A stretch of DNA of 64,000 nt from Opitutales bacterium (lineage in GTDB: Bacteria > Verrucomicrobiota > Verrucomicrobiia > Opitutales > UBA2987), in NCBI GenBank assembly GCA_965226885.1, contig CBDDEL010000016.1, positions 224,001 to 288,000 on the forward strand, read 5' to 3'. Shown here in pieces: positions 36,631 through 47,276 of the stretch. Numbering within the stretch: the first letter of the stretch is position 1; every line of letters starts with the position of its first letter. The notes under the pieces were generated by a model. The model did no database searches and had not been told where the DNA came from. It saw nothing but the letters and a program-made list of their open reading frames with translations. Position numbers and translations under genes: made by a program.

Positions 36631-36641
36631 TTTCAAAGAAC
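36631..36641 (-). promoter_or_regulatory. boxA-like antitermination site
   Basis: GTTCTTTGAAA upstream of 16S; identical copy at 34362-34372 upstream of 23S. Confidence 0.7.
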
Positions 36642-36990
36642 ACGTTTAGGGAAAAGACTATAGACTAAGCATCTATTTCGGCATCACGTCAAGTGATTTT
36701 ACCAAAAAATCCTCAATCCATACACTTTCCTTTAAAAAAGAACGCCCCGCAATTTCCTCCTTTGAGAATGTCTCCCAGCAAAGGAATTTCCGGGGAAGGT
36801 TGCGGAAAATGAGCAATACCTCCGTTGCGCGCAAGTCTTTTTTTACTTTTTTCTCAAGTTTCTTTTTGGGGACGCTCTTAGTGTCATCCGATGCTCGACG
36901 AATCGGTAAAAAAAGTAGCGTATCGCGGTATTCAAATTGCCATGCCGATGGCTTCGCCAGGCCCTCAAGCGCATCGTCATCGTTAAAATT

Positions 36991-37479
36991 TCATTCTTGA
37001 ATCCCAGGCGGCAGGTTTTTCAGGAAATCTTCCTTCCACCTATAATCGTTGAGAATGGCGGGGTCATCGTCTCCCAGTATTTTTTTGGCCACATACAAGG
37101 CCTCAACCGAAGCCAACCCTCCCTCCGGGTTGGTAAAAATTTTGCTCACCCGCGGATAGGCCGTCTCAAACCCTGCTGGAAGGCTCCGGCGCAATGGCTT
37201 GCCCACCAGAGAAGCCTCCAATTGCGGCAGCCGACGCCAGGTGCTGTCGAGCAAAAGAAGCGGCCGGCCGGCATCGGCAGGACTCAGGGGAGGAGCGTCC
37301 AAGGCCAATAAGATATGCCCTTTGGCATCGAATTTGAAACCCTTTTTAGCCCCATAAAAAGTCAGATCGGCTCTCTCCCGCAGCGGCTCCAGAGTGCATT
37401 TGGACAACCGCTCCTTGGGGTGGCGAATGACGATGACAGGAATCTTGACCACAAATCGGGACGTTGGGAGATTGTTCAA
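36991..37479 (-). CDS. Tsr3/DUF367- or DTW-like putative RNA aminocarboxypropyltransferase
   Basis: [15 protein letters not shown]...[18 protein letters not shown] pattern. Confidence 0.65.
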   Translation of the reverse strand: MNNLPTSRFVVKIPVIVIRHPKERLSKCTLEPLRERADLTFYGAKKGFKFDAKGHILLALDAPPLSPADAGRPLLLLDSTWRRLPQLEASLVGKPLRRSLPAGFETAYPRVSKIFTNPEGGLASVEALYVAKKILGDDDPAILNDYRWKEDFLKNLPPGIQE

Positions 37480-37676
37480 GATTCAGATTGAGGCAAAATT
37501 ACCTGGAAACCCAATTCGTTTGCCGCCTCAGCCTGAATGGCATCGTTTGTCAGTAAACGCCGAACCTGCAAATCCTCCATTGCGGCCAGATGCAGACGAT
37601 CCAGCGTGCGACAAAAACCCGATGTCGAGCCAATAAACAGTTTCAGAAAACAACTGGTATCCAAAAACAATGGCAT
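37476..37676 (-). pseudogene. PIN-domain (VapC) toxin with internal deletion
   Basis: N-terminal FLDTS joined directly to C-terminal RTLDRLHLAA...LLTND; only 66 aa. Confidence 0.75.
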
Positions 37677-37682
37677 GTTTGG

Positions 37683-37958
37683 TTATTTGAACCGACGCGA
37701 ATACTCTTCATCGCGATCTCTATTGAGGGCCTCGTCAGGGCTGAAGTCTTTGAGTGGCTCGGGCCACATCTCTTTCAGCAATTTGCGATTTTCCTCGTCG
37801 TCAAATTGTCTCCTGGGTTTGATGGTTTCATCTGTGACCAAGACCAGCTTGGCCACCGGCTTGGAGTTTCGAGTAATCAATAACTCCTTTTCCTGCCGCA
37901 AGCGCTTTTCCGTCTCGGGCCAGTTTTGGCGCAATGTCCTAATGTTTACAATTTTCAT
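37683..37958 (-). CDS. Phd/YefM-type antitoxin
   Basis: VNIRTLRQN...LLITRNSKPVAKLV; upstream of the PIN remnant. Confidence 0.8.
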   Translation of the reverse strand: MKIVNIRTLRQNWPETEKRLRQEKELLITRNSKPVAKLVLVTDETIKPRRQFDDEENRKLLKEMWPEPLKDFSPDEALNRDRDEEYSRRFK

Positions 37959-37966
37959 ATCTTTAT

Positions 37967-37982
37967 GTGAAACATGTTTCAC
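37967..37982. promoter_or_regulatory. putative TA operator
   Basis: Perfect 16-bp palindrome GTGAAACATGTTTCAC, 8 bp upstream of the antitoxin ATG. Confidence 0.7.
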
Positions 37983-38445
37983 GGCGAGATCAAGCATTGC
38001 CCGTTGCAAAGCTGGCGTCACTTTACGTGAGATAGAACCTATCTCAAATTCGCAGCCAGGAATCCTGTCATCTTGCGGAACTCGCTTAGTGATCGGGAAA
38101 CTCCATCTTCAATAATGCCGAACAGGTTTTCATAAGAATTGTAGCAGATGTGAGCGCCTCATTGAGGTCGGTTTTCGTTCGCTCCATAGATTTGCTTGCA
38201 TCTTTTACGTATTGCATGGGAATTGCCTTCAGTTATTTGCTTTGTCAGCTTCGATTCGTATATCCTGGTTTACACACACCCAGTTTACCTTAATATTCTG
38301 TAAAAAGACAAGGAGACAAGGCGCTCGGATCGTTTTCCCTGTTTGTTATCTTTCTCCGGTCCGGTGGTAATTGAAAGCTTTTGACCGGGAGAAAGCCTCC
38401 TGTTAAACAACAGGCTGTTTTCAAATCCATTTCGTAAGCAGCACC

Positions 38446-39717
38446 ATGAAAAAACTACCCCAGGGCGCTTTGAGCTGGGCCCTTTACGACACCGCCAATT
38501 CAGCCTTTGCCCTGACCATACTGGCCGGGATTTTCCCCATCTTTTACCCCGCCTTCTGGGCCAAGGGTATGTCCGCCCCCGACCAGACCTTTTGGTACGG
38601 GCTTACCGTGACCACTGCCAGCCTGGTGGTGGCCGTGCTGGCGCCCTTCCTCGGGGCCATTGCCGACCAGGGCGGGCGGCGCAAACGGTTTCTGCTCTTT
38701 TTTGCCATTATGGGGGCTGTTTCCACGGCCCTGATGGTTCTTCCCGGCGAAGGCCAATGGAAATGGGCCAGCCTGGCCTTCATTTTCGGGGCCATCGGCT
38801 TTTATGGCGGCAACCTCTTTTACGACTCGCTCCTGGTTGAAGTGAGCGACCGAGAAAACGCCCATTGGGTCTCCAGCATGGGTTTCTCTCTCGGTTACCT
38901 CGGCAGCGTATTGTTGTTTATGGTCAATATCATCCTCATACAAAAAGCCGAAGCCCTGGGACCGGAAAAACACATCGCAGCCACCCGCCTGGCTTTTCTC
39001 TGCACGGCCGTCTGGTGGATGCTCTTTACCATCCCCCTTCTTCTCAAAGTAAAGGAGCCGAAAAAGGACCGCCCGCCGCCCTTCCGTCAAGCGATCGGCG
39101 CCAGCTTCCGGGAACTGTCCCGGACTTTGCGGGAAATTGCCAAAATGCGCGGGGTGCTCTGGTTCCTCATTGCCTACTGGTTCTACATCGATGGGGTCAA
39201 CACCATCATCACCATGGCCGTCAACTACGGCAAAACCATCGGCTTCGAGATCGGAGACCTCCTCAAGACCCTCATCCTGGTGCAGGTGGTGGGTGTGCCC
39301 TTCGCCCTCCTCTTCGGCTGGCTGGGACAGAAATTTGGGCCCACCAAACTGCTCCAAACCGGCATCCTCATCTATTTGGGGGTAACCGTCTACGCTTCTA
39401 TCCTGGACCTCGAACCGGCCAACCTATTCGGTTTTAAAATCAGTAAAATCTACATCCTTGGCTTCCTCATCGGCTCGGTCCAAGGCGGACTGCAAGCCCT
39501 CAGCCGCTCCTATTTTGTCTCCATGATCCCCAGGGAACGGGCGTCCGAATTTTTCGGCTTCTACAACATGATAGGCAAATCCGCCGCCCTCCTCGGCCCC
39601 ATCGTCATGGGAACGGTAGCTAAACTAAGCGGAGAACCCCGCTACGGCATCCTAGCCGTCTCCACCCTCTTCCTCCTCGGATCGGTCTGCCTGCTAAAGG
39701 CGAAAACAAACCCTTGA
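38446..39717 (+). CDS. MFS transporter (UMF1/ATG22 family)
   Basis: WALYDTANSAF, FYIDGVNT, QALSRS, EFFGFYN. Confidence 0.9.
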   Translation: MKKLPQGALSWALYDTANSAFALTILAGIFPIFYPAFWAKGMSAPDQTFWYGLTVTTASLVVAVLAPFLGAIADQGGRRKRFLLFFAIMGAVSTALMVLPGEGQWKWASLAFIFGAIGFYGGNLFYDSLLVEVSDRENAHWVSSMGFSLGYLGSVLLFMVNIILIQKAEALGPEKHIAATRLAFLCTAVWWMLFTIPLLLKVKEPKKDRPPPFRQAIGASFRELSRTLREIAKMRGVLWFLIAYWFYIDGVNTIITMAVNYGKTIGFEIGDLLKTLILVQVVGVPFALLFGWLGQKFGPTKLLQTGILIYLGVTVYASILDLEPANLFGFKISKIYILGFLIGSVQGGLQALSRSYFVSMIPRERASEFFGFYNMIGKSAALLGPIVMGTVAKLSGEPRYGILAVSTLFLLGSVCLLKAKTNP

Positions 39718-39757
39718 AATTGCCAGACGAAGATTTTTCGGAAATGGGGCAAAATTA

Positions 39758-41062
39758 CTAATTCTGCATGGCGTCGTGGAATAGTTGGGCGAGGTTTTCT
39801 TCCGTTACCTCACGGGGGGCGATTGTGAGGAGCCTTTTTTGGGCGATGGCGCCTTTAACCAGGGCCGGGATGTCGCCTTCGTCGTAGCCGACTGCTTTGA
39901 GCCCGTTGGGAAGGTGGGTCTCCTGCATTATCCGGATCATGGCGTTGGCCAGGATTTGACCCGCCTCCTCGGGCGCGGCGTCCCGAATGTCCACCCCCAG
40001 CGCCGCCGCCGCTTGTAGGTGCCGTTGGGGCGCAGCCGGCGCCGTAAATCGAAAAACGGCCGGGGTGTTCATGACGACCGAAATCCCGTGCGGTATGAGG
40101 GCATTTTCCGATTCGTAACCGGCCGCCCGGTAGGTGTGTTTAAGACCGGAAACGGAAGTCGCCATGGCATGGGGAATATGCACTCCGGCATTGCCGAATG
40201 CCTGCCCGGCCAGAGTGGCCGCACACATCAGCTCATGCCGCGCCTGGTGGTCCTGCGGGTCGTTGACTGCCGGGACCAGGTTTTGCCCCCCGATGCGGAT
40301 GGCGGCCAGGCTGCCGATATCGGCATAAGGATTGGCCCCCTGGTAGGGCGGACGCTTTTGCGGGCTTTCCGGCCGGGGACGGCTGCTGAATGGCCGCGCC
40401 GTGTAGGACTCGATGGCATGGCTGAGAACGTCGCAACCGGTGGCCGCGACAACCCCCGCCGGCATACTGTGAGTGGTTGTGGGGTCGACCAGGGCAAGCG
40501 TGGGCCGCAACAACGGGGAGGCCACGCCCGCTTTTACCTGCCGCTCCTCAAGGTCGAAAATGGAAACCACACTGGTTTCGCTGCCCGTCCCGGAAGTCGT
40601 GGGACAAGCGATATGGGGCATGACCGGGCCCGGAATCGGTTTCCCTCCGCCCAGCGGAGCGTAAATATAAGCCATTAAATCATCCGGGTAGGAAGCCAGC
40701 AAATTGGCCGCCTTGGCCGTATCTATGGTCGAACCGCCGCCCAATGAGATAAATCCGTCAAACTTCCCCTCCTTGGCGAATTCTCCGGCCAAAATAATCG
40801 AACGATCCGTCGGCTCGATCCGGGTTTCGGTAAAAAATTCAAAATCCACCCCCGCCTTGCGTAAAGACTCCTGCGCGACAGCCGCAGGCTCCGTTTTCAA
40901 CACATTCTTATCGACGAAAAAAGCCACCCTCTTCATACCCAGCCGGGCGGCATCCAGGCCCAACTCGGCCAGCGCCCCGGCCCCGAATTTGAGCGATTGG
41001 GCATTGATGGTATAAGCATTTTCGCGCCCATCCCGCATTTCATAATAAAGATGCTCCTCCAT
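39758..41062 (-). CDS. hydroxyacid-oxoacid transhydrogenase (Fe-ADH family)
   Basis: GGGSTIDTAKAANL, PTTSGTGSE, DVLSHAIESYTA, GNAGVHIPH. Confidence 0.88.
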   Translation of the reverse strand: MEEHLYYEMRDGRENAYTINAQSLKFGAGALAELGLDAARLGMKRVAFFVDKNVLKTEPAAVAQESLRKAGVDFEFFTETRIEPTDRSIILAGEFAKEGKFDGFISLGGGSTIDTAKAANLLASYPDDLMAYIYAPLGGGKPIPGPVMPHIACPTTSGTGSETSVVSIFDLEERQVKAGVASPLLRPTLALVDPTTTHSMPAGVVAATGCDVLSHAIESYTARPFSSRPRPESPQKRPPYQGANPYADIGSLAAIRIGGQNLVPAVNDPQDHQARHELMCAATLAGQAFGNAGVHIPHAMATSVSGLKHTYRAAGYESENALIPHGISVVMNTPAVFRFTAPAAPQRHLQAAAALGVDIRDAAPEEAGQILANAMIRIMQETHLPNGLKAVGYDEGDIPALVKGAIAQKRLLTIAPREVTEENLAQLFHDAMQN

Positions 41063-41125
41063 TATGCCTGCCCGTTAATTATTTTTTTATCGAAACTCCC
41101 ATTTTCGGAAAAATTGGCGCTCTTT

Positions 41126-41653
41126 TCAAAAGGAAACCTCGACCGGCACCGTTACCTTGAGCACTGAGATGTGGCCCGACTTCTCTTTCCAGATTTCCCG
41201 GATTTCATCCAGGTTGCGAAATTTCTGCGGGGTCGCCTCATGGATCAGAATGATGACTTTGGAAGACCGGCGGCGCGGTGGCTGGCCCTCTTTGACCCGC
41301 CATTGTCCGGTGGCGTCGATGAGCGTCAAACCCTCCGGAAACCGGGGCGTCACCACATTGTCCAGGTAATCGTTCCACACGGTCTCGTAATCGCCCCTCT
41401 CTTTTCTCAAACCGCCGCCGAAATACAATTCCGTGCGAACCCAAGGGACCAGCTCCACGGTGGCGGTGGCCTTTGCCGAAACTGCCTGCGACTGCGCAGT
41501 GGCCGTGGCCTCGCCATAGCCCCGGCCCCCATTCATGAGGACAATCAATAAACCGGAAATAACAACCGAACCGGCCATAAGCCGGAATACTCTAAAACCG
41601 CCAATAGAAATCTTCATAAACCGATTACTACTGAGGCCATTAAACAGTGTCAA
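41126..41653 (-). CDS. DUF3574 family protein
   Basis: RTELYFG, VTPRFPEGLT..DATGQW; start uncertain. Confidence 0.8.
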   Translation of the reverse strand: MTLFNGLSSNRFMKISIGGFRVFRLMAGSVVISGLLIVLMNGGRGYGEATATAQSQAVSAKATATVELVPWVRTELYFGGGLRKERGDYETVWNDYLDNVVTPRFPEGLTLIDATGQWRVKEGQPPRRRSSKVIILIHEATPQKFRNLDEIREIWKEKSGHISVLKVTVPVEVSF

Positions 41654-41757
41654 ATTCTCAAGTGCCTCTTTGCCGTCACTTAAATAACCTTAGAACAGGC
41701 GGGAGGGCGATTGATAGGCCGCGTAAAGCTTGCCAGCCGGAGAGATTGGTCAGTGGC

Positions 41758-41874
41758 CTATGCGGTACCTTGATCGCGAATAGAATACACAGCGATGACA
41801 GGCAGGATACCGAAAAACATCAAGAGAGCCGCGGAGGGCTCCGGTATATGGGGGAGAAAACCCTGCCCGAAACC
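41758..41874 (-). other. orphan PEP-CTERM sorting-domain remnant
   Basis: Translates GFGQGFLPH-IPEPS-AALLMFFGILPVIAVYSIRDQGTA*; no start codon upstream of the PEP motif. Confidence 0.65.
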
Positions 41875-42475
41875 TCAGCAATCAAACACTTTGACCTAAC
41901 AACTGCTGCCTTTTTACCTGGAAGACAGCGGCAATTGCCAAAGTCAGGATCAACAGGATAATTCCCCATTCCGTGAGTGTCGGAATGATAACCAACTCCG
42001 TAAGCTCGCCTGGGCCAAAAATAACACCAAAATCCCTTTCGCTACCCATTTTCATTCCCAAGTTAACAGGCCTAACTTCCGCAAACGGTGTACTGAACAT
42101 AAAAATATTATATTATAATCACCGGGATTCGTAAGGAGGTCAACTTGGTTGTTAATTTCAAGGGTCTTTCCGTTCACCTTAACCGGACCACCGCCATCTC
42201 TAAACTTGATATCTGAATAATCTGATGTTACATCGTCACCACTTGCATCCAGTATCAATACACTGTTTAAAACACTATCAGAATCAAATGCATCATCAGG
42301 TAATCCAAAAGCAATATGGCTGAAATTGTCATCCGGATCCTGAATAACTGTTACCTTATAGGTCCACCTCGCCCAAATGTCAAAACCGTCATCTCCTATA
42401 CGGGAAGTATCTAAAGATCTACTTTCAAAGGAAACGTCCCAAAATTCATCAATAAGTTGGGCTTCAGCAGATTTC

Positions 42476-43271
42476 GGTAGTGTTAACATTTTGAATGTTT
42501 AAGCTGTACTTTTTAGCGTGATTATGTTGTGAACTGGGAATGGTCCATATCACAGTAAAATGTCCTCAATGCGGAAGCGATCACATCATCAAGCACGGCA
42601 AGGATCCGAAAGGGGTTCAGAAGTATCGATGCAAGGGGTGTGGTTATCAGTTTCGGCTTCACCCCAAAAGTCGTGAGCATCCTCCGGCGCTGGTCAAGCA
42701 GGTGCTCCGTGCGCACCAAAACCGGATGAGCCTGCGTGCCATTTACCGTACCTTCGGGGTAGCCCCAAAGGCGGTCATCGAATGGATTAAAAAAAAGTCC
42801 TGAGTTTGCCGAAGCTGGAGTCCACTCTGCTTGCCCGCCAGTGTAGTGATGTGCTGGAACTGGACGAGGTGTGGTCATTCTGGGGCGATAAGCGTTCGGG
42901 GCAGGTATGGCTATGGGTAGCCTTGTGTCGACGTACCCGACAGGTCGTCGGGTTCTCTCTGGGTGATCGTAGCGATCAAACGTGCTGGCAGTTGTATCAC
43001 AACATCGCCCAGCCCTATCGCGACTGTGCCACCGTAAGCGATTACTGGGAAAGCTACGACAAGGTTTTCCCTCACAACAGCGCCAGCGGGAAACAATCCG
43101 GCCAAACCGCCCATATCAAACGCTGGAACAATACCTTGCGACAGTCCCTGTCACGCTATGTGCGTAAAACGCTGTCATTCTCGAAGTCTTTGGTCATGCA
43201 TTTTCGCGTCCTGTGCTTGTTCATCTGGGAATACAACAGCAATATCAAACATTCGTCATGTTAACACTACC
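42476..43271 (+). mobile_element. IS1-family element
   Basis: 14-bp IR GGTAGTGTTAACAT; imperfect 8-bp TSD CAGATTTC/CCAATTTC. Confidence 0.92.
42540..43264 (+). CDS. IS1 transposase InsA/InsB (programmed -1 frameshift)
   Basis: CPQCGS/YRCKGC zinc ribbon, poly-A slippery run at ~42789, LELDEVWSF, RKTLSFSK. Confidence 0.9.
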
Positions 43272-43619
43272 CCAATTTCGTCACTCCTAAAGTCAACAAT
43301 AGCCCCACGGCAAACGCCATTACAGTAATTTTTTTCATTCTTTACTTCCCGTTAATGTTATAATTTTTGCCAAAAATATTTAATCAGATTTTTGATATTC
43401 TACAATTACTACAAAAAGTTTCGTCAAAAGTTTTACCTCACCCTGTTATCAAAGATAAATTGTTCTATTCGGGATTTCCCATATAATGGTTATGGATCGT
43501 TGAAATGTTCGACCACTGGGGCTTTTGAGCGCATTTTTCTTCTTTCAAAATGCTTTGTCAATCGTTTTTTCCCGGAATCTACCGTTTGTAAAAGCGGTAA
43601 TTGTCTATCGCTGAAAATT

Positions 43620-44207
43620 TCAGTTTTCTTCGGCACCGGCGGCATCGTCCTCGGAATCCTCCGCATCGGATGGTTCCTGGAGAAGCTCGTCATCAAGACC
43701 GAGGGCTTCTCTAACCAGAGGGAATAAATCGTCGCTTTCCGGTGCTACCAGGAGGCCGCCAGCCCCGCTGTCAAAAACGTAAGAGTATCCCTCGCGGGTG
43801 GCCACTTCGCGAATGGCCGCCTGGACGCTTTGGGCAATGGGCTGCATGGCCTCGGCCTCTTTTTTCTGAACGGCCTCCTGGGCAGTGCGCTGAAATGCCC
43901 GTATGCGGTTTTCAATCTGCCGAATCTCTTCCGCTTTAGCATCCCGAATCTCATCAAGCCAATCTGCTTCCTTGGCCTGATACTCCTCCACTTTGGTTTG
44001 CCGCTCCTGGCCCATCTCGGTCAGCTGCTGTTCGAGGGTCTTGGCATATTCCTCCAGAATCTTTAAGGCCGCTTTCCTTTGCGGCATGCTAAAAATCACC
44101 TGATTGGCATTGATGTGCCCGAATTTCTGCACGGTTTGTCCTTGGGAATTTGCCGCAAAACTCAAGAGACAAACCAGGCCCAGAATGTAAATGGTTATTT
44201 TTTTCAT
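43620..44207 (-). CDS. skp: OmpH/Skp periplasmic chaperone
   Basis: Signal peptide, KFGHIN, coiled coil, GYSYVFD. Confidence 0.85.
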   Translation of the reverse strand: MKKITIYILGLVCLLSFAANSQGQTVQKFGHINANQVIFSMPQRKAALKILEEYAKTLEQQLTEMGQERQTKVEEYQAKEADWLDEIRDAKAEEIRQIENRIRAFQRTAQEAVQKKEAEAMQPIAQSVQAAIREVATREGYSYVFDSGAGGLLVAPESDDLFPLVREALGLDDELLQEPSDAEDSEDDAAGAEEN

Positions 44208-44230
44208 AATTATTGTTCCTAAACTCATTA

Positions 44231-45802
44231 TCAATCCTCGAAGGCTTGTCCAGTCAAACCTTCATCTTCAAATGGGTCATGCCTATGGCCGGAACCGTTC
44301 AATCGACTGACCGCCAGCGCCACCATCAGGGAAAGGAAAAAGGAGGGCAGCAATTCCTCCATTTTGGCAAAGTCGAGCAGTAGGGGCGGAATTTCCTCCA
44401 CCCCCAAAGCCAAAACCCAGGAGGGCCAGAATTTAAAGAAAATGACGCCAAAGAATCCCGTCAGCATGCCCGCGATGGCCCCGGCGCGGTTCAAACCCTT
44501 CCAGAACAAGGAAAGGATCATAACCGGACAAAAGGTGGCCGCGATGCCCGACCAGCCAAAAATGATAAACCAGAAAATGGTTCGGCTGGGGGAGAGCGCC
44601 GACACAACCAAAGCAATGCCCAAAGCGACAAAGGAAATAAGAATGGTCAGTTTGCGGCAAATCCGCGTCATGGCCACATCGGAGAGTTCCGGGTGCATGG
44701 TCTTCTGGTAAATATCGCGCACAAAGGCGCTGGCAGCCAAAAGTAGAAGGGAATCCAGGGTGCTCATGATGGCCGCCAGAACGATGGCGATGAAACAACC
44801 GGATATGACCAGGTTGAACAGTTCGCCCGACATCATAGGGAGGATTTTTTCACACCCGGCCCCCAGCAATTGTATCAACGCCTCCCCTTCCAGTCCGGCC
44901 TTGTCGAACATGACGCGCCCGGCCATGCCCGCAAAAACGGCCCCCGTATCGGCCAGCAAAGTCCATGCGATGGCCACAATGGTTCCCTTGTTCAATTCAC
45001 GAGGATCTTTCAGGGCTATAAAACGAACGAAAATCTGAGGAGAACCCATATAACCCAGGCCGATGGCAAAAAGGGCGATGATACCCGCCAGATTGCCCAA
45101 TTGCAGCCCCCCCGCTCCCCAAATCGAAGTAAGCTCGCCGGGCATGTTTTCCAGTCCGGTCCACAGATTGCCTAGTCCGCCCAGTTCGATAATTCCGGCC
45201 ACCGGCAATACCACCAGCCCGATCAGCATGAGCACGCCCTGGACCATATCACTCCACGCCACCGCCACAAACCCGCCGGCAACGGTATAGACCAGCACGA
45301 CCAGAAATCCCACCGTCAGGCCCGCATGGTAATTCCAGCCGAGAAAACTCTCGAAGGCTTTACCCGTCGCATCCAGTTGGGCGGATATGTATATGGTGGG
45401 AAAGATGATCAGGGCCAGGGCGGAAATGATGCGAACCAGATGGGTCCCGTCGCCGAGCCTGCTTTCGAGATAATCGGGAATGGTCACGGAACCGAATTGA
45501 TCGGTCATCTTCTTAAACCGATGGCTCATCCAGATCCAGCACAAGGCCACCCCCAGGACCTCACCGCACACCACCCACATGGCCCTCATTCCCATAAGGG
45601 CGCCAAACCCGGTCAGTCCCAGCAGGAGCCAGCCCGATTCACCAGTTGCGCGGGCGGAAAAGGCCACCACCCAATAACTCATTTTCTTCCCGCCGACAAA
45701 GAAATCCTTCAGATCGTGGATTCTCCTGGCAGCGACCACACCGATGCCGAAAACGGCCAGAAAATATAAAACTACGATCGAAAGCTGAACCGCCTGTTCC
45801 AT
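44231..45802 (-). CDS. sodium:solute symporter (PutP-like)
   Basis: FSARATGESGWLLLG, GGFVAVAWSD, LAAIMSTLDS. Confidence 0.9.
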   Translation of the reverse strand: MEQAVQLSIVVLYFLAVFGIGVVAARRIHDLKDFFVGGKKMSYWVVAFSARATGESGWLLLGLTGFGALMGMRAMWVVCGEVLGVALCWIWMSHRFKKMTDQFGSVTIPDYLESRLGDGTHLVRIISALALIIFPTIYISAQLDATGKAFESFLGWNYHAGLTVGFLVVLVYTVAGGFVAVAWSDMVQGVLMLIGLVVLPVAGIIELGGLGNLWTGLENMPGELTSIWGAGGLQLGNLAGIIALFAIGLGYMGSPQIFVRFIALKDPRELNKGTIVAIAWTLLADTGAVFAGMAGRVMFDKAGLEGEALIQLLGAGCEKILPMMSGELFNLVISGCFIAIVLAAIMSTLDSLLLLAASAFVRDIYQKTMHPELSDVAMTRICRKLTILISFVALGIALVVSALSPSRTIFWFIIFGWSGIAATFCPVMILSLFWKGLNRAGAIAGMLTGFFGVIFFKFWPSWVLALGVEEIPPLLLDFAKMEELLPSFFLSLMVALAVSRLNGSGHRHDPFEDEGLTGQAFED

Positions 45803-45892
45803 TCGAATATCTTTTTAATTCAGATAATAACAAAAGTCCGGCAATTCAACCAGCAGTCGCCCCGTCCGTTCCAAAAAGAGATGGTTTGCGGT

Positions 45893-47248
45893 TCAAATTT
45901 CAGAAAATACCTGATCGAGTACGCTGACCAGAAAATCGGCGTCATCCAATGTCAGGCACATGGGTGGTTTGATGCGGAGGGTGTTGCCGAAAAGCCCGCC
46001 TTTGCCAATGAGGAGCCCGTAGTGGCGGCTCTTTTCGAGGGCTTCCGCGCATTCGGCGGTGGCCGGTTCCTTAGTTTGGCGATCTTTCACCAGTTCGATT
46101 CCGAGCATCAGCCCTTTGCCCCGGACGTCGCCGATGATGCTGTGTTTTTCCTGTAACCGGCCAAAGCCCTCCAGCAAATGATTACCCACACGAAGGGCAT
46201 TTTCCTGGATTTTTTCCCGTTCGATCACTTCCAGAACCGCCATCCCCTGAGCACAAACCACGGGATTGCCCCCGAAAGTGTTAAAGTGGATGCGGCTGGC
46301 CAGCACCTGGGCGATCTCCGGCGTTGTCACCACGGCGCCGAGGGGGCAGCCGTTGCCAATGCCTTTGGCCATGCAAACAATGTCCGGGATAACGCCTTGC
46401 AGCTCGAATCCCCAGAATTTTTCTCCCGTGCGGCCAAATCCGGTTTGCACCTCGTCGGCTATGCAGACCCCCCCCGCCTCGCGCGTGTGGCGGTAGGCTT
46501 CCTGCAGGTAGCCATCGGGAAAGACCACCGTTCCACCCACTCCCTGGATCGATTCTGCCATAAATGCTGCTATCCGCCCGGAGGTGCCGTACTTGATTAA
46601 ATGCTGCACGTCTTCGGCATATTTTCGGCCCGCCTCGGGATCGTCCCCGCCGTAAAGACCGCGATAGGGATCGGGCGTCATGGCGTGTTGTACGCCGAAG
46701 CTGTGGGGAACATTGAACTTCCAGGTGCTGTGGGAGGTGAGCGCCATCCCGGCCGCATTGCCCCCGTGGTAGGCGTTGCGCAAGGCGATGATGTCGTAAT
46801 TTCCGGTATAGGCGCGGGCCATGAGCAGCGCCAGATCGTTGGCCTCGGAACCGGAATTGAGGAAATAGCAGACTTTTAAATCGCCGGGCATTTTGGCCGC
46901 CAGGGCCTCGGCGTACAAAGCCACATTGGGGTTAAGGTAGATGGTGGTGGTGTGCTGGACGATTTTATTTTGCCGGTTGACGGCCTCTACAATATGGGGA
47001 TGGCAGTGCCCCACGCTGACGGTGGCGATGCCGGCTAAACCATCGAGGTAGCGGCGACCGGTTTCGTCGTAGACGTATTGCATGAAACCCTCCACAACCA
47101 TCAATGGCTTTTTGTAAAAGAGGAAGATTCCGGGGTTGAGAAATTGCTTGCGAAGGCGCAATACCTCCTCCGCCGAAGGACCCTCGTAAGGCAGGGGTTG
47201 ATGGGCGCTGGGTGGTAGATTGAGGGTGGCAGCGGTTGTTTCAGACAT
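45893..47248 (-). CDS. class III aminotransferase (AGXT2 / beta-alanine-pyruvate type)
   Basis: [36 protein letters not shown]. Confidence 0.9.
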   Translation of the reverse strand: MSETTAATLNLPPSAHQPLPYEGPSAEEVLRLRKQFLNPGIFLFYKKPLMVVEGFMQYVYDETGRRYLDGLAGIATVSVGHCHPHIVEAVNRQNKIVQHTTTIYLNPNVALYAEALAAKMPGDLKVCYFLNSGSEANDLALLMARAYTGNYDIIALRNAYHGGNAAGMALTSHSTWKFNVPHSFGVQHAMTPDPYRGLYGGDDPEAGRKYAEDVQHLIKYGTSGRIAAFMAESIQGVGGTVVFPDGYLQEAYRHTREAGGVCIADEVQTGFGRTGEKFWGFELQGVIPDIVCMAKGIGNGCPLGAVVTTPEIAQVLASRIHFNTFGGNPVVCAQGMAVLEVIEREKIQENALRVGNHLLEGFGRLQEKHSIIGDVRGKGLMLGIELVKDRQTKEPATAECAEALEKSRHYGLLIGKGGLFGNTLRIKPPMCLTLDDADFLVSVLDQVFSEI

Positions 47249-47276
47249 GATCGTTATTTTTCTATTTGTATTAACA

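Larger units (their letters stand above)
41882..43338 (-). pseudogene. secreted protein with IPTL-CTERM sorting domain, interrupted by IS1 and frameshifted
   Basis: Signal peptide MKKITVMAFAVGLLLTLGVTKSAEA rebuilt across the IS1; C-terminal IPTLTEWGIILLILTL...KR; 5-bp duplication at 42106-42115. Confidence 0.8.

Noticed and set aside
38028..38190. Hairpin TGAGATAG-aac-CTATCTCA and short minus-strand open frames
   Set aside because: Too short and unrecognisable to assign a function.
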